From the NCBI RefSeq assembly GCF_006345805.1, contig NC_043011.1, positions 55,130,464-55,194,463 on the forward strand: a stretch of DNA of 64,000 nt, in the 5' to 3' direction. Positions 34,611 to 48,759 of the stretch are shown in pieces. This stretch comes from Octopus sinensis. Lineage: Eukaryota. A program made the position numbers and the translations under genes. The notes under the pieces are model-generated. The model made no database searches. It was not told where the DNA came from and saw only the letters and a list, made by a program, of their open reading frames with translations. Within the stretch, counting starts at the first letter, position 1. Each line of letters opens with the position of its first letter.

Positions 34611-35054
34611 GACATTAATGGATAGTTAAATTAAAAGTGAAATTAACTTCGTAAGTGGAACTTACACTTTTTTTATGGGTTCCAGACCAAAACCTGTGGT
34701 CATGCTGGGACAATGGTGTTATTAATTTCTGCTTTTTTTTCTCCTTTTTCTTCTTTGGTTATTAGGTTCAAATGCTGATCAGGGATAGACACATTGGCAG
34801 AAGGGAAAGAAGATATGACAACCAGGCAGGCAAGTCGGTTGGTAGGTGAGCCTACTAATGTATCAAAAGATATGTAAATAGAGAGATATATTAATAGATG
34901 TACAAATAGAAGACAAACCACTGAACTGAAGTGAAATGAAAAGAAATATAATTATTCTCTGTTAGTACCAATTTGGACTGAGCCTAGTTGGTGGTTGGAC
35001 AGCAAACAGTCTGGTTTCTTCACATATTTGTATTTTTTTTAACTCCCTCACTTA

Positions 35055-35340
35055 ATGCATGGCAGATGCCAGCGCCGCCTGACTGGCGTCCATGTCGGTG
35101 ACACGTAAAAAGCACCAACCGATCGTGGCCGTTTGCCAGCCTCCCCTGGCACCTGTGCCAGTGGCATGTAGAAAGCACCCACTACACTCACGGAGTGGTT
35201 GGCGTTAGGAAGGGCATCCAGCTGTAGAAACACTGCCAGATCAGACTGGAGCCTGGTGTAGCCTCCATGGCTTGCCAGACCCAGGTCGAACCATCCAACC
35301 CCTGCTAGCATGGTAAACAGACGTTAAACGATGATGATGA
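35055..35340 (+). mobile_element. RTE family D 3' end
   Basis: ggcgttaggaagggcatccagctgtagaaa...gacgttaaacgatgatgatga. Confidence 0.88.
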
Positions 35341-35509
35341 ATGCATGTGCTTTAATGCAATTAATTACTGTCTGCTTGATTTAAACATTTGTTTCTCAAA
35401 TATGGACAATGAGAAAGAATGGAAAAGAATATTTTTCAAAAAATGAACGTGTACTACATGTAGGATGTGTCAGCCTCCACAATAATTACAGTGAAACTAC
35501 GTCAATAAC

Positions 35510-36112
35510 AGATGCATCATGCCAACAACCACCTTGAGCACCTTTTCGAGCTCCATGTGTCTAACACATGTGGGCAGGCCTACAAAGTCAGAAAACAGCA
35601 CAGCTCTCATGACTTTCAGAAACATATTTTTCACACTCAGAGTTACTGAAGCATGGAACAAACTACCTGCATCAGTTGTTAGTTGCCGAGACATTGCATC
35701 CTTTAAAACCTCCATGCTTCCTGAAATTCACCAACACTACACCTGATATCCCCACCTCCATACACATGCACACATGTATATCTGTTTCTTTATTACCCAC
35801 AAGGGGCTAAACATAGAGGGGACAAACAAGGACAGACAAAGGGATTAAGTCGATTACATCGACCCCAGTGCGTAACTGGTACTTAATTTATCGACCCCGA
35901 AAGGATGAAAAGCAAAGTCGACCTCGGCGGAATTTGAACTCAGAACGTAACAGCAGACGAAATACGGCTACGCATTTCGCCCGGCGTGCTAACGATTCTG
36001 CCAACTCACCGCATGCACACATGTATATCATGACTCATATACTGTTCACTTTCCTGACTTTCGTACATAATTCTATGGACTGTACATTGCACCTTTGATG
36101 AGTTGTAGTACA
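35510..36112 (+). mobile_element. CR1 LINE 3' end interrupted by a SINE B (35783-36011, minus) with 18-bp TSD
   Basis: FFTLRVTEAWNKLPASVVSC is homologous to 28440-28500; TSD catgcacacatgtatatc at 35765-35782 and 36012-36029. Confidence 0.88.
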
Positions 36113-36149
36113 CCACTACAAGAGCAGCTTGGGGGGTGAGGAAGATGAA

Positions 36150-36490
36150 TCAATTACATCAACCCCAGTGTTCAAATGCTACTTATCTTATCAACCCCGA
36201 AAGGATGAAAGGCAAAGTGGTCGATTTTGCCTTTCACCCTTTCAGAGTTGATAAATACCAGTTTCTTTATTACCCACAAGGGGCTAAACATAGAGGGGAC
36301 AAACAAGGACAGACAAACGGATTAAGTCGATTACATCGACCCCAGTGCGTAACTGGTGCTTAATTTATCGACCCCGAAAAGATGAAAGGCAAAGTCAACC
36401 TCGGCGGAATTTGAACTCAGAACAGAGCGGCAGACGAAATACTGCTAAGCATTTCGCCCAATGTGCTAACGTTTCTGCCAGCTGGCCGCC
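36150..36490 (-). mobile_element. Nested SINE family B copies
   Basis: Family B body in reverse; cctttcagagttgata is repeated at about 36238 and 36489. Confidence 0.8.
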
Positions 36491-37255
36491 TTTCAGAGTT
36501 GATACCAATTGAACCCTGGGTTTGATGTAACCGACTCCTCCCCACCTCCCCCCTTGTGGCATAAATTTGAAATAATAATTATTATGAATGTGCTTCCTAA
36601 TAGCTCCAAATGACTGCAACCTTCAATTTATTTCAGAACGAGTTCAGTTCCCTGTAAGGCTGTCCTACTCTCTGATGACAAATATGTCACAGGGACAGGC
36701 ATTTAACAAAATTGTAAATAACAAACATTTAATCAATATACATAAGTTTTGTTTTTAATTCATCTTTTTATTTCCTTAAACTATAAATCACATGTTTGTC
36801 CAACGTATTACAATACCATATTAAATGGTAGATTATCAAAACAATTTTTTGAAACTCCTTGCTTGTGTTTAATGTAATGTTTTCAAATGTGCTGACTTAC
36901 ACCATGGAATTTCCATGGGCCCCGGAATTGCTGTACTTGAGAAGACATGTCAAGCTAAGAACAATCATGGCCATCCATACATACAGATATGTCTCTTTAT
37001 GGCCATGCCCCTCCCCCCGAACCCCACTTCATCTCCTAGCTGAAAGGTCTTTTGTCTTGCAGGTGCCAGTGTCACATAAAATGCACTCCTGCTACCAGCA
37101 TGTAGAATTACCTGTGCCAGTGCCGCATAAAAAGCACTCAGTTCACTCTGTAAAGTGGCTGACATTCAGAAGAGCATCCAGCTGTAGAAACCATGGCAAC
37201 ATGGGAAATGGATGTTGAACAATGCTGATGAATTTTTTTAACAAAAATTAACAAT

Positions 37256-37675
37256 AGGCGCAGGAGTGGCTGTGTGGTAAGTAGCTTGCTAACCAACCAC
37301 ATGGTTCCGGGTTCAGTCCCACTGTGTGGCATCTTGGGCAAGTGTCTTCTGCTATAGCCCCAGGCCGACCAATGCCTTGTGAGTGGATTTGGTAGACGGA
37401 AACTGAAAGAAGCCTGTCGTATATATGTATATATATATATGTATGTGTGTTTGTTTGTGTGTCTGTGTTTGTCCCCCTAGCATTGCTTGACAACCAATGC
37501 TGGTGTGTTTATGTCCCCGTAACTTAGCGGTTTGGCAAAAGAGACCGATAGAATAAGTACTGGGCTTACAAAAAGAATAAGTCCCGATAAGTCCCGGGGT
37601 TGAGTTGCTTGATTAAAGGCGGTGCTCCAGCATGGCCGCAGTCAAATGACTGAAACAAGTAAAAGAGTAAAGAGT
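37256..37675 (+). mobile_element. SINE family A
   Basis: Full-length copy. Confidence 0.92.
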
Positions 37676-38153
37676 AATATTGGTCGATGGTTAGTGGTTT
37701 ATTTCAAAGAATTAGGAACCCTCCCTCAGGAAAAAGTGTTAATATCTGACATCTCTGCTCTGTAGAGTAGATAAGTCAGATATCAGCTCCTCTTCTCCTT
37801 AGATTTCCAGAAGAAGGGGTCTTAACCCCGAAATATCGAAATACCCAGAAATAGTACTAACCATGAAACTGCAATTCTGAACCTTAGGCTTTAAAAACTA
37901 TCCAATACTTTTAGAGAGAGATGTGGTATAGATAAGGGGTTTCGTTATAGGCACAAGACCAGTGACTTTGAGGGGAGGGGGACAGTTTTCAGTGACTCCA
38001 ATAATTGAGTTGTACTTTATTTTATTGACTCCAAACAGTTGAAAGGTAAAGTTGACTTCATGGAGATTAGAATTCTGGTGAACATCCAAAAGAAATATTT
38101 ACCTGGCATTTTGTGGCTGATGCTTTGAGAATTCTGACAATTTGTCACCTTAA

Positions 38154-38366
38154 CCCTTTCGTTACTGTATTTATTTTGAGATGCTGTTTTTCTTTCAATT
38201 ACTTTAAATACAACAAAAAATTTGGTAAAATAATTTGGTTATCATTCATCTAGTGTTAGGAACATAAATTGTGACTAAGGTTTGGTGGAAGATTTGAATT
38301 CAAAACTTATGAAAACAAGACATTTGTACTACAGAGCCAGTTTCAGCCGGGTTGGTAACGAAGGGG
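38154..38366. mobile_element. piggyBac-type MITE
   Basis: TTAA|ccctttcgtta...taacgaagggg|TTAA; an inverted homologue lies at 55766-55985. Confidence 0.8.
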
Positions 38367-38802
38367 TTAAAACACAACTTTAATGGATATATTGGTTTCA
38401 TTATCAAGATTTAAACAAACAACCAACATTGAAAAAGACTGAACTATTTTTAGTGAGTTTTTCTTTGATGCCAGGTCAGTTCTAAATGTGTGAATCTTTG
38501 AGCAAAACCATTCCAACACTGATCACTTTCTTTTGTTCTTTAAGACTGCTGGATGGGATTTTACTTCTATTTCTAACAAATCGAGTTACCACATAAAAGC
38601 TCCTTCATTGACTTTATCGAGACTGTTCACGTCTGATAACATGAATCGAAATATTGTGCAGAGTAATCTAAGAGAGCAGAGGGGATGTTGGGACAATCAT
38701 ACAGTTTTTAGGACATTAAGGGGCATAGTATTACAATGATTTCTTCGGACATTAAAGGGGATTTCGTGACAATCATACATTCCTTAGAACATTAAAGGGG
38801 AA

Positions 38803-39166
38803 ATCATCATCATCGTTTAACATCCGTTTTCCATGCTAGCATGGGTTGGACAGTTCGACTGGGGTCTGAGAATCCTGTCGGCTGCACCAGGCCCAGTCTG
38901 ATCTGGCAGTGTTTCTACAGCTGGATGCCCTTCCTAACACCAACCACTCCATGAGTGTAGTGGGTGCTTTTTACGTGCCAGACAAGGCTGGCAATGGCCA
39001 CGATCAGTTGGTGCTTTTTATGTGCCACTGGCATGGAGGCCAGTTGGGGCAGCGCTGGCAACGGCCACGTTTGGATGGTTCTCTTACGTGCCACCGGCAC
39101 TGGTATCACAACTACAATTTACATTGATTTTGATTGATTTCGATTTCACTTGCCTCAACAGGTCTT
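38803..39166 (-). mobile_element. RTE family D 3' end
   Basis: catcatcatcgtttaacatccgttttccatgctagcatgggttgg start. Confidence 0.85.
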
Positions 39167-39709
39167 CGATCACATCAGTTTTATTTAAACAACATCTGGT
39201 CTTTGACTCATCAAGAATCCAAGTCGGGAAAAGAAGCAGTTCTTGCTGTAAAATTTGCTCTAATACCACTAATCAAATCAACCCAGTGTTTGATAGGAAT
39301 CTTTATTTAGCCCATAGATAGGAAATACAAAGCTAACTTCAATGAGTACTGTTTGTACTCAGACTCATAAAGGGCTGTCAAATACCAGGTACTCTGTCTG
39401 ACAGAAGTTGTAACATTTCTGCTAATCCACTCTGTTTCATCAAAATGAAGGTTTAAAGAATTCAGAAGAAATCATCCAACAATTGGGATGTTATCCACCA
39501 CCACCCCAATAACACACACAAACTTTTTTGGTATTCAGCACAATAACATATACTTCTCTTTGAGAGGAGAAATATACCAGATTTACTCTTGCGTAAATGT
39601 GAGAATTTTACTAGATAAGAAAAACAAAAATGCATCAGGATTAAAATTTGGGGCTAGCACTATTAAAAGGTCAAAAAAAAAAAAAAGGATAATATGATAA
39701 TATACTGTA

Positions 39710-40038
39710 TACTATAACCTCAGGCCGACCAAAGCCTTGTGAGTGGATTTGGTAGACAGAAACTGAAAGAAGCCCGTCGTATATATGTGTATATATATAT
39801 ATATATGTATATATGTGTGTGTGTGTATATGTTTGTGTGTCTGTGTTTGTCCCCCCAACATCGCTTGATAACCGATGCTGGTGTGTTTGCATCCCTGTAA
39901 CTTAGTGGTTCAGCTAAAGAGACCGATAGAATAAGTACTAAGTTTACAGAGAATAAGTCCGGGGGTCGATTTGATCGACTAAAGGCAGTGCTCCAGCATG
40001 GCCACAGTCAAATGACTGAAACAAGTAAAAGAATAGAA
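39710..40038 (+). mobile_element. SINE family A, 5'-truncated
   Basis: Body and tail of family A. Confidence 0.88.
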
Positions 40039-40321
40039 TATACAGGTGATTCTTAGCTCTGCAAAAAGGGTTTGCATTATATTTGAGATCAATTGTACTT
40101 TGGTAAAGAAAGTCAATCCAATCAATAATCGATTGTATTTATTGTTTCAATGATGAAAGGTAAATGCAATCGTTAACTGAAATTAATGCAAATGGATGAA
40201 TCTTGTGCTTCCACTGTCTTGTCCAATTCAAACAGCTCTCAGACATTACCCAAGGTTTTGTTTTGTGTATAAAAAAAAAAGTACTTATCACTAACTGTGC
40301 AGAATCACCTCCCTCCGACAA

Positions 40322-40655
40322 GTCATCCTAACGAGACGTCTGTGTTGGCAGGGTCATGCCCTCCATTGTCAACCAGGAGAATTCATCTACAAGGCAATTT
40401 CCCCAGCTCCCCTTCGGGGTTGGCGAAAGCGTCGTGGTGGACAACGAAAAACCTGGCTGATGACGGTCAAGGCTGATCTGGAACCCAACTTAGGCCCCCA
40501 TATCCACGGCGTTCGCCGCTGGAATAAGGAGTGGTTGGAGATCACTTGGTCGTTAGCCTCAAATCGCCAGGCCTGGTTGGCGTTTGTGAGAGATGCAGCA
40601 TTGAGGATGGATGAAGCCAGCTCAACCCACCCCGGGTGAATGCTGTAAGAAGAAG
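40322..40655 (+). mobile_element. Second RTE-clade LINE family, ORF C-terminus
   Basis: Open frame VILTRRLCWQGHAL...GWRKRRGGQRKTWLMTVKADLEP...RRWNKEWL...NRQAWLAFVRDA...SSTHPG* (stop 40637-40639). Confidence 0.8.
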
Positions 40656-40656
40656 A

Positions 40657-41203
40657 TGTGGAAGAGGTAGACCCAAGAAGACAGACATGGGACGAGATGG
40701 TGAAACATGATCTTTGAATATTGGGCCTAATGGAGGTGACGACGAAGTGAGCGAGGCATTTGGTGAGAATATGCTGAGCTTGAGAAGACTTGTCAAACCA
40801 AGTGACATCATTAGTCATGGCTGTTGCCAGGGTCAGGTGGATAGCACCCATGAAACTGTAATCGTGGCCGTTGCTGGTAGCATGAACTTTAAATGTCAGG
40901 TGTCACACACGCAATGACAAGCGACCGAGACTTTCAGTGATGTGCCGTGCTCGAGAAAACTCATCGAGCCAAGTGAAATTGTAATCGTGGCCATTTGCCA
41001 GTGTTGTGTAAATGGCACCCGTGCCGGTGGCAGGTGAAATGCACCCGTTACTCTCTCAGAGTGGTTGGCATTAGAAAGGACATCCAGCTGTAGAAACCAT
41101 GCCAAATCAGACTGGAACCTAGTGCAGCCCTCCGGCTTACCAGCTCCAAACCATCTAACCATGCCAGCATAGAAAGCAGGCATTTAATGACGATGATGAT
41201 GAT
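40657..41203 (+). mobile_element. RTE family D 3' end, diverged
   Basis: GRGRPKK..WDEMVKHDL remnant, then the family D UTR and (GAT)n tail. Confidence 0.82.
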
Positions 41204-41349
41204 GTACATATATATAAAAAAAAAAGATAGCCAGGGAGGATTGAGGGTGTTTTGACTACTATTTATAGGAGGTTAAGCAACCACATATAGGCCCCCATAT
41301 AGACTTGCATATCTGGTCAATATTTGGGTGGGGAGAACATTGATCTCAT

Positions 41350-44057
41350 AATTCTTAAAGAAAACCTATTTGCAGAAATACTCTGCAGAATAAAGAATAT
41401 GTTTAGTCAACAGAATTTCAAAGAAAGAAACACTAATTCCTTGGATAATTACTGCAGAAGAATGACAATTTCCTAGTTTCTTTCTTTTTCTTTTTTTGTT
41501 AATTTTTCTTTCATTAAAAAAGAAAAACAAAAAGGATTTTCGAAGTAAAAAAACAAACTGGAAGAGAGGATTTCAAGAATTGCCGATTGTTTAAAAGCAC
41601 ATTTTATTTAGTCAAGCAGAAAATTAAAATCACAGGATAATTCAGTTTGGCTATAGTTGAGTGAATTTGGATGTATGTATAGAAATGCATGTGAGTGTGG
41701 CCACATGCATGCTTACTTGTTATATAGAGTGGGAAAATATTTCTCTTTAATTTGTTATTTCTATGTGTGTGTGTGTGTGTGTGTGTGTGGACACAAACTT
41801 GAATGTACATACACACACACACACATACATATCTATAGAGAATTGCAGAAGAAACAATTTCCAGATCTTATGAATGTAAATCTAAACAAGATTACAAAGT
41901 TTCACAATTGGGAGTTTTTGCTTTTTTATGATCAAGATGTTTAAATTCAGGTATCAACAGAGATCTTTTTTTTTTTCTTTTCTTTTTTGTACAATATAGA
42001 ACATTGGTACCCTGGTACAATGAACTGAGAATTATTATAATGAAAACACAAATAGTCTATTTTTATTCCGTTTACATCTAGGATGCCTTAAAGGAATATT
42101 AAAAACATCAACCCCAGTATTTCACTGGTACTTTATTTATCGACCCCCAGAAGGATGAAAGGCAAAGTTGACCTTGGCAGGACTTCAACTCAGAATGTAA
42201 AGAACTGTAACAAAATACAGCAGGCATTTGGTGTTCAATGCACCAACAATCCTACCAATCCAACACCTAACAGAAGTTCTCAAAACCTGTTCCCTTTTCC
42301 TGTCAAATTCTGCTCCTCCGATTGTTCAGTAGAATCAGTTTGGACCACTCGTGTTTGGTAAGTTAAAGCTAGGATTTTATTCTTGGACATAAAAAGAAAA
42401 AAAAAATAGAAAACTTCGACTGGTGCAGTTCAAGTTGAAGATTGGGTTTTTTGTTGCTTTTTTTTTAAATGCAAAATTAAAAAAAAAAAAAACACCAAAC
42501 CTGTAACAGCATTTAGGCGAAATTGACATTTTCTAAAATTGAATATTTCTCAAAATTTTTTGTCACCATTATTAATAATTCCGTCAAATATATATGTGCG
42601 TGTGTATGTGTGTGCGTGTGTGTTTAAGCATACATATGTATAAGTTTGTATGTATATATATATGTATGTACATTATGTATATACACACATACCTATACAT
42701 ACACACACACATATACACAAAATATAAAAAAAACATACACCTTACATTTCAAAATATGAGTATGTATATACACACACATATATGTATATGCTTGCACATG
42801 TATGTGCATGCGCATTTAGAAAGGAGACATGGCTGATTTAGAATATACTGTCGAATGGCATATACATATATATATATATGCCATTCCAGGCAAGGAATTC
42901 AGTGAGAGCAGGCTAGGAACTGAAGTTGACCGAAGAAACAGTAATATTGGAAGTCGAAATGAATTTTGCCAAGATAATGGATGTGAATGACAGTTCACCG
43001 TCAACACAGACCTACAACCAGATAATAGACCAAAGTGAATTCTTTACAACAAACTGTCAATGAATGTTCATAATAACAAACCTTATTTATAACAAAACTT
43101 CATTAATGCCTCTTTTAGTTAGACCAAGAGGGTGGGGTGTGGGGGCAAGAGGAGAAAAATGTGGTGAAATTACAAAGCAAGTTTTATAGAATGTCCTGAG
43201 GAAGAAAAACTGGAACAGAATTAATAAATAGCTGAAAACATCACCTCCAAGAAAAGCCAATAGCTATGGAATATCAAAATATTACCATCAACAGATAAAC
43301 AGTTTTTGTACAAAATCTCGCTGCCTGCTTTGTCAATGGAGACTGTGTTTGGCTCGTGAGTTGCTGCTATTGAATCAAACTTTTACAAACTGGATAGGAG
43401 AGAATAGTATTAATAATTATAATATCCTTTAGAAAGCCACTAGCAAACATATAGAGCGTACGTTTATTATTAACTAAAGAAAACTTATGTCTACAGAACT
43501 TCTTTTTACTCTTTTCCTATTTCATTTCAAAGAACCTTGGCACAAACTAAATATATTCAACATTATGCCTGAATAAAACAAAAATATATATTTCTGCTAA
43601 AACTTCTTTTGCAAACGTCCAAGTCTAGAAATAAAATTCTGTTGGAAACAAAAACAATGAAATGACAAGAAAAAAGCAAAATTTTTTTTTTTATTTATTT
43701 CTTCAATTTTCTACAGCCTTATGAGTTTCAAATATATTTCATAGAGAACCAATTTTATGTTTCATCTCTCTCCCTCCAAACCTTCCCTTTCCAGATGATG
43801 TAATTAAAGAAAATCCCTTGGTAACAAATTATATTGGGGAGAAAAAAAAAACAAAAAAACTGTAGACTTTTTATGTCAAAATACATTTTGTACAGAATTA
43901 TTATTATTATTATTATTATATACTTAGAGACTTCACACAATGGAGATGACACAACCATGAAACCAACTCTGCCATTTATTTATTTATTTCAACCACTCAA
44001 ACTCCATTCTACATATATGCACTCATGTAAGATTTTACATACATATGACACACACAC

Positions 44058-44117
<60 letters not shown>

Positions 44118-45190
44118 ATGACAGTTGCACTACCTTTTACAAGTAGTTCATAAGACTTTGCAAAATATACTTGGTCAATCCAAACTATTAGTGCAGAGCA
44201 GCCATTTGCCAGACAAAAAAAAAAAAAAAAGGAAAAAGAAACAGCTGTTATAGAAACATATAACTATGAAACTAGGCTGAAGTTGAACCATAAGGAGGGA
44301 TTAAGAGACGGGGGGGGGGAGAGTGAGAGAAAGCAAGGCCTTCACTCGATTGGATTTTTAACAGGATCTTGAAATACTCATAACCAGAAATGAGATTTTA
44401 TATACACTCACACAGAATTATATGAAAGACAGCCACTTCTGCACTAAAGTAACCTTGCCAAACAGCATAACATCCAAGAAGAGCAGGAAGTCGATGGATT
44501 GAGCAGAAAGAAAGTTATCGAATCGGTAATGGTTAAACATCATTTTAGGTTTCAAGTTGAGAGAAGCTCAAGTGGAGCAAGTAAGAAATTAAAATTAAAA
44601 AAAAACAAAGTTTTGCTTGATTAGTTGGTTGGCTGCTTGGACTGTTCAGAGAAAAACTTGGCCCAAACGACATCTCATTTGGGGGTCATCAATTATAAAC
44701 AGAAAACACTACAGAAAAATATCTCATCAAAGTATCATTAATTTATTTAAATGTTTAAATTATTTATTATAATCGCTAGAAGAGGGGGGTAAGAAAAATG
44801 AATAAAATAGATGCATAGTTATTGGTGGTTAACAGAATTAAGGGCAAATTTATCAAGCAGATTTTTTTTTTTTTTTTTTTTTTTTAACAGAATTTAGTTT
44901 CTGAGATAGGACAGAAAGAAAAAAAAAATACATTAACAGCTTCCTACGATTTTCTTAAGGTTGTTTGTCATTGCAGATTTAAAGAAAAAAACATAAGATG
45001 ATGCTCAACTACATTTTTTTCTTCAAAAAGATTAAGAGGTCATTGAGATTTTGAAACAGTTTTTTTTTTTCCTTTTTTTTGTTTGTTTGTTTGTTAGAGA
45101 ATGTTTGGTTTCAATCTGTAGAGAAGATTATTATGAATAATATTTCTGATTTGAAATAAATAATATAAGGAGGAATGGACAGATTTTTAT

Positions 45191-45227
<37 letters not shown>

Positions 45228-45663
45228 CTTAAAAAGCGAACATAGAGCCTAAGAGATCAGAAGATCACACAATTCACTTAGCTGCACAATCGTATTCAGT
45301 GAAGCCATGGAGATAATATGTACAGACGCAGTCATGCACATCTTGTGAATGTGATGACCAAATGACCATGCGATTATTGCTTTCCATCCGCACTGGAATC
45401 CAGGCTGCTATGACAAGTACTAAAGTAGTAAAGAGTAGTAGACATAACAGAGGCAATATATCTGTCACACCATCTGTGAGTCAGTAAATGTTGCAAGAGC
45501 GGTTTACAAGTGTGTCTGCTCCACCCCCTTCACCCCTGTCTAGCCAGCGGCCTGCCTGCTTTCACCCACTCCCTTGCCCCCCTCCCCTCCCCACCCCTCC
45601 CTTTGTCACAGTGTTTCTGTTGGGTCTCTGCAGCCAGTCTTTTCTTTTCCTATACATAGGGGG
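41350..45663 (-). other. Probable long 3' UTR and downstream region of Rab11 (true end uncertain)
   Basis: Follows the stop codon directly; largely free of TEs apart from an old SINE B at about 42110-42260; minus-strand AATAAA at 43463-43468, 42376-42381 and 42062-42067. Confidence 0.45.
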
Positions 45664-45803
45664 TTACGCAGCACAACATTGCTTTTTCCCTCCTGTAGAA
45701 TTATCTGTTGGAGCAACAGTGATCGTCTGGACATTTGCACTGATTGAGTTATCGTCATCTGGACTTTCACGGATCTGTTTCTGAGAAACAATTTTGTAAA
45801 TTT
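45664..45803 (-). CDS. Rab11: Rab11 GTPase, last coding exon
   Basis: Acceptor ttttactctttcag; (E)IYKIVSQKQIRESPDDDNSISANVQTITVAPTDNSTGGKKQCCAA* with a CCxx prenylation motif; 140 nt. Confidence 0.95.
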
Positions 45804-46075
45804 CTGAAAGAGTAAAAAAAAAAAAAAAATTTTTTTTAAATAAGTAGTCAGAATAACAAACAAGATGCAGATAACAAAATGTTTCTTAAAAATTATTTTA
45901 CTCTCCTCTACTTACATTAGATTTTTGCCAGCTCCTCTACAGTTCATCCTCCTCAACAGCTGCCATCTACTGTTGTCCATCAAAGACAAAAACCAGACAA
46001 CTGGCAAATACTATTGAAACCAAGAACAATATTCAATGCATGCGCACACACACACAAACACGCACACACGCACGC

Positions 46076-46290
46076 ATGATGGGGAGCTGAAAAGTTCCTG
46101 GCTTTGGGTAAAAGGAATTACAGGAGAATCAGTTAATTACGATTTTATTCAACATATTCCCCTCTCAGATTCACACACCGATTACGGCAGTTCTTCAGGT
46201 TTTCTAAGTCCTGTAAAGGAACTCAGAAGGTTGGGCCTCCAACCAGGACTTTTGCGATACTCAAAGCCAGGAACCTTTCAGCATTACCTT
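46076..46290. mobile_element. Mariner-like MITE
   Basis: gctgaaaagttcctggcttt ... aaagccaggaacctttcagc inverted termini. Confidence 0.7.
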
Positions 46291-46475
46291 GAATACACAC
46301 ACAGAAACACTCATACAAACCCACTGAAACACTGACTTTTTCGTGTGTAAAGTATTGGAATAGAATTCTTTTCTCAAGTTCTAATGTCATCCCATCAGCT
46401 AAGAGATTCTAGCAACTCGAAAGCAGCTGTGAAGTCCACCAATGGTGGGCATTGCTAGAAAAGCCATTGCTCTTT

Positions 46476-47249
46476 CAGGAAGACCTGGGATGAAGTGGTG
46501 AAGCACGACCTTCAAACTTTGGGCCTCACCAAGGAAATGACTAGTGACCGAGACTTTTGGAAATATGCCGTGTGTGAGAAGACCCGGCAAGCCAAATGAG
46601 ACCATAATCTCGTGGCCTATGCCAGGGGCGTTACCAGCCCACTTATGCGTACATTTTCCTTCTTTGGACACTGAAACTGCTTGCGAAGACCTGTTGAGGC
46701 AAGTGAATTTAAAATCAAAATCGATGTCTGGCGTCCGTGCTAGCGGGGTGCAAAGAGCACCATACGAGTGTGATCATTGACAGAGCGGCTAACCAGCTTC
46801 TGTGCCAGTGGCACTTAGGCACCATTCGAGCATGATCGTTACCAGCGTCGCCTTACTGGCACTCTAGCCCCATGCTAGTAGGGTATTAAGAGCACCATCC
46901 GAGCATGATCGTTGCCAGAGCGGCCATCTGGCCTCTGTGCCGGTGGCACGTAAAAGACACCATTCGAGCATGATCGTTACCAACGTCGCCTTACTGGCAC
47001 CTGTGCTGGTGGCATGTGCAAAAAGATTCGAGCGAGGTTGTTGCCAGTGCCACCTGACTGGCCCCATGCCGGTGGCATGTAAAAGTATCCACTACACTCT
47101 CGGAGTGGTTGGCGTTAGGAAGGGCATCCAGCTGTAGAAACTTTGCCAGATCAAGATTGAAGCCTGGTGCAGCCATTTGGTTCACCAGCCCTCAGTCATT
47201 TGTCCAACCCATGCTAGCATGGAAAGTGGACGTTAAACGATGATGATGA
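46476..47249 (+). mobile_element. RTE family D 3' end in a Rab11 intron
   Basis: RKTWDEVVKHDLQTLGL remnant plus full 3' UTR and (GAT)n tail. Confidence 0.9.
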
Positions 47250-47966
47250 TAATTTACGTCACTCAAATTCCAAACATCCCTAGTAGAGTGAACTTAGATC
47301 TACAGTCAAGATTTCCACCCTCAATTTCTCCCCAACATTAATTGTTCTTTAACTATTGATATACCACTTCACAATGACAAAGGCCTTGTCTGTTTCGTTT
47401 GGAAATGTTTTGGAAGGTTCATTAATTATCCCCTATCATTATCAAATACTTTCACAGAATGCCTAAAACTCAATATGACAAAAAGGATTTAAAGTTCTCA
47501 AAACGATATTATAAAAACTTCAATATTAAAAAAGTAAAATTTTTCTAAAGCTTTTTTTTTTTATAGAGAGTAATTTTTTTTTAATTTTCTTTCTTTTTTA
47601 TAAGGTACAGCCAGCAAAATGAAACTGACAAACTATTAAATACCAATATATAATGTCTTAGGTCACAGGGCATTAGAGATTTACTGTCTGGATTAAGACT
47701 ATCATCACCAAGAATAGTAGTTTTGTAGTAATAGTAGTAGTAGTAGTAAACTACTCAACAAAATGTCAGAGGATTTGTTTTGTTTATTTATCAGCAAATC
47801 CTCAATTTGTAAAAATTTACTGATCTTCATTCCGTTCATCCAGAATCGTTACATCCCTTCCAATTAAACTTATCAAAATATAATTTTCTTTTCTTTTTCA
47901 TTAGATTCCTGGCAACAACAACAAAATAACAATCAAGCTGAAAAGATGCTGAAAAGCTCGTCATAC

Positions 47967-48047
47967 CTGTTAAGATATTTTGAAAGGCTGCTTCCACATT
48001 AGTTGAATCTAAAGCTGATGTTTCTATGAAGGAAAGGTTGTGTTTCT
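47967..48047 (-). CDS. Rab11: Rab11 GTPase exon (G5 box)
   Basis: ag|...|gt boundaries, 81 nt; (E)[26 protein letters not shown]. Confidence 0.96.
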
Positions 48048-48759
48048 CTGGAGAAGAAGGAAAGAAGAAAAAAAAGGCACTCTTTTATAAGAACACTCTG
48101 AGCCAGAAACAATAAGTTAACTATAAACAGGGAAAGGCTTTTAGAGGAATTAGAAAATAGCTTCAGTACCATTAAAAAACAAAACATGTACACCATAATG
48201 TCAATAACAAAAAGGTAACTATATACATTTTCTTTGACATTTTGCAGGGAGTCATTCCAACAGAATTTAATCTATGACAAACAGTTGCTTCTATCTTTCC
48301 ACCAATCTCTAATTATAGTTTCAGGTCAACAGACTTATTTCTCAAATATCACTGATGAAAGAATTTTAAACTGACTTTTCCAAAACAGTTTTTTTCTTGA
48401 AATTTAAACTAAAGTCACTAATTTTATATATATAACTTATTTTAAAAAAATAAAATTGACATTTAACTTCCATTTGAACAAAATATCGTCTGAGACCCGA
48501 TTTCGGAATCCGACAGCACTAATTTAGGGGTCATTAATTTTAGCTAACAAAGATGGCCTCTTCCTGGCAAATGATAGAAACAAAATTCACCAGATTTTGA
48601 GAATTACAACAAATCTGGACATTAATCTGAATATTAAAAGAAAAAGTAAACAAATACTTAGCTTGTTAATTATGCAAACATAATTGAAACTAATGCTCCT
48701 TCGTTATAAAGCAGTTATTTAATATTAGACACAAATTTAGAACAAAAACAATTTTTCTC

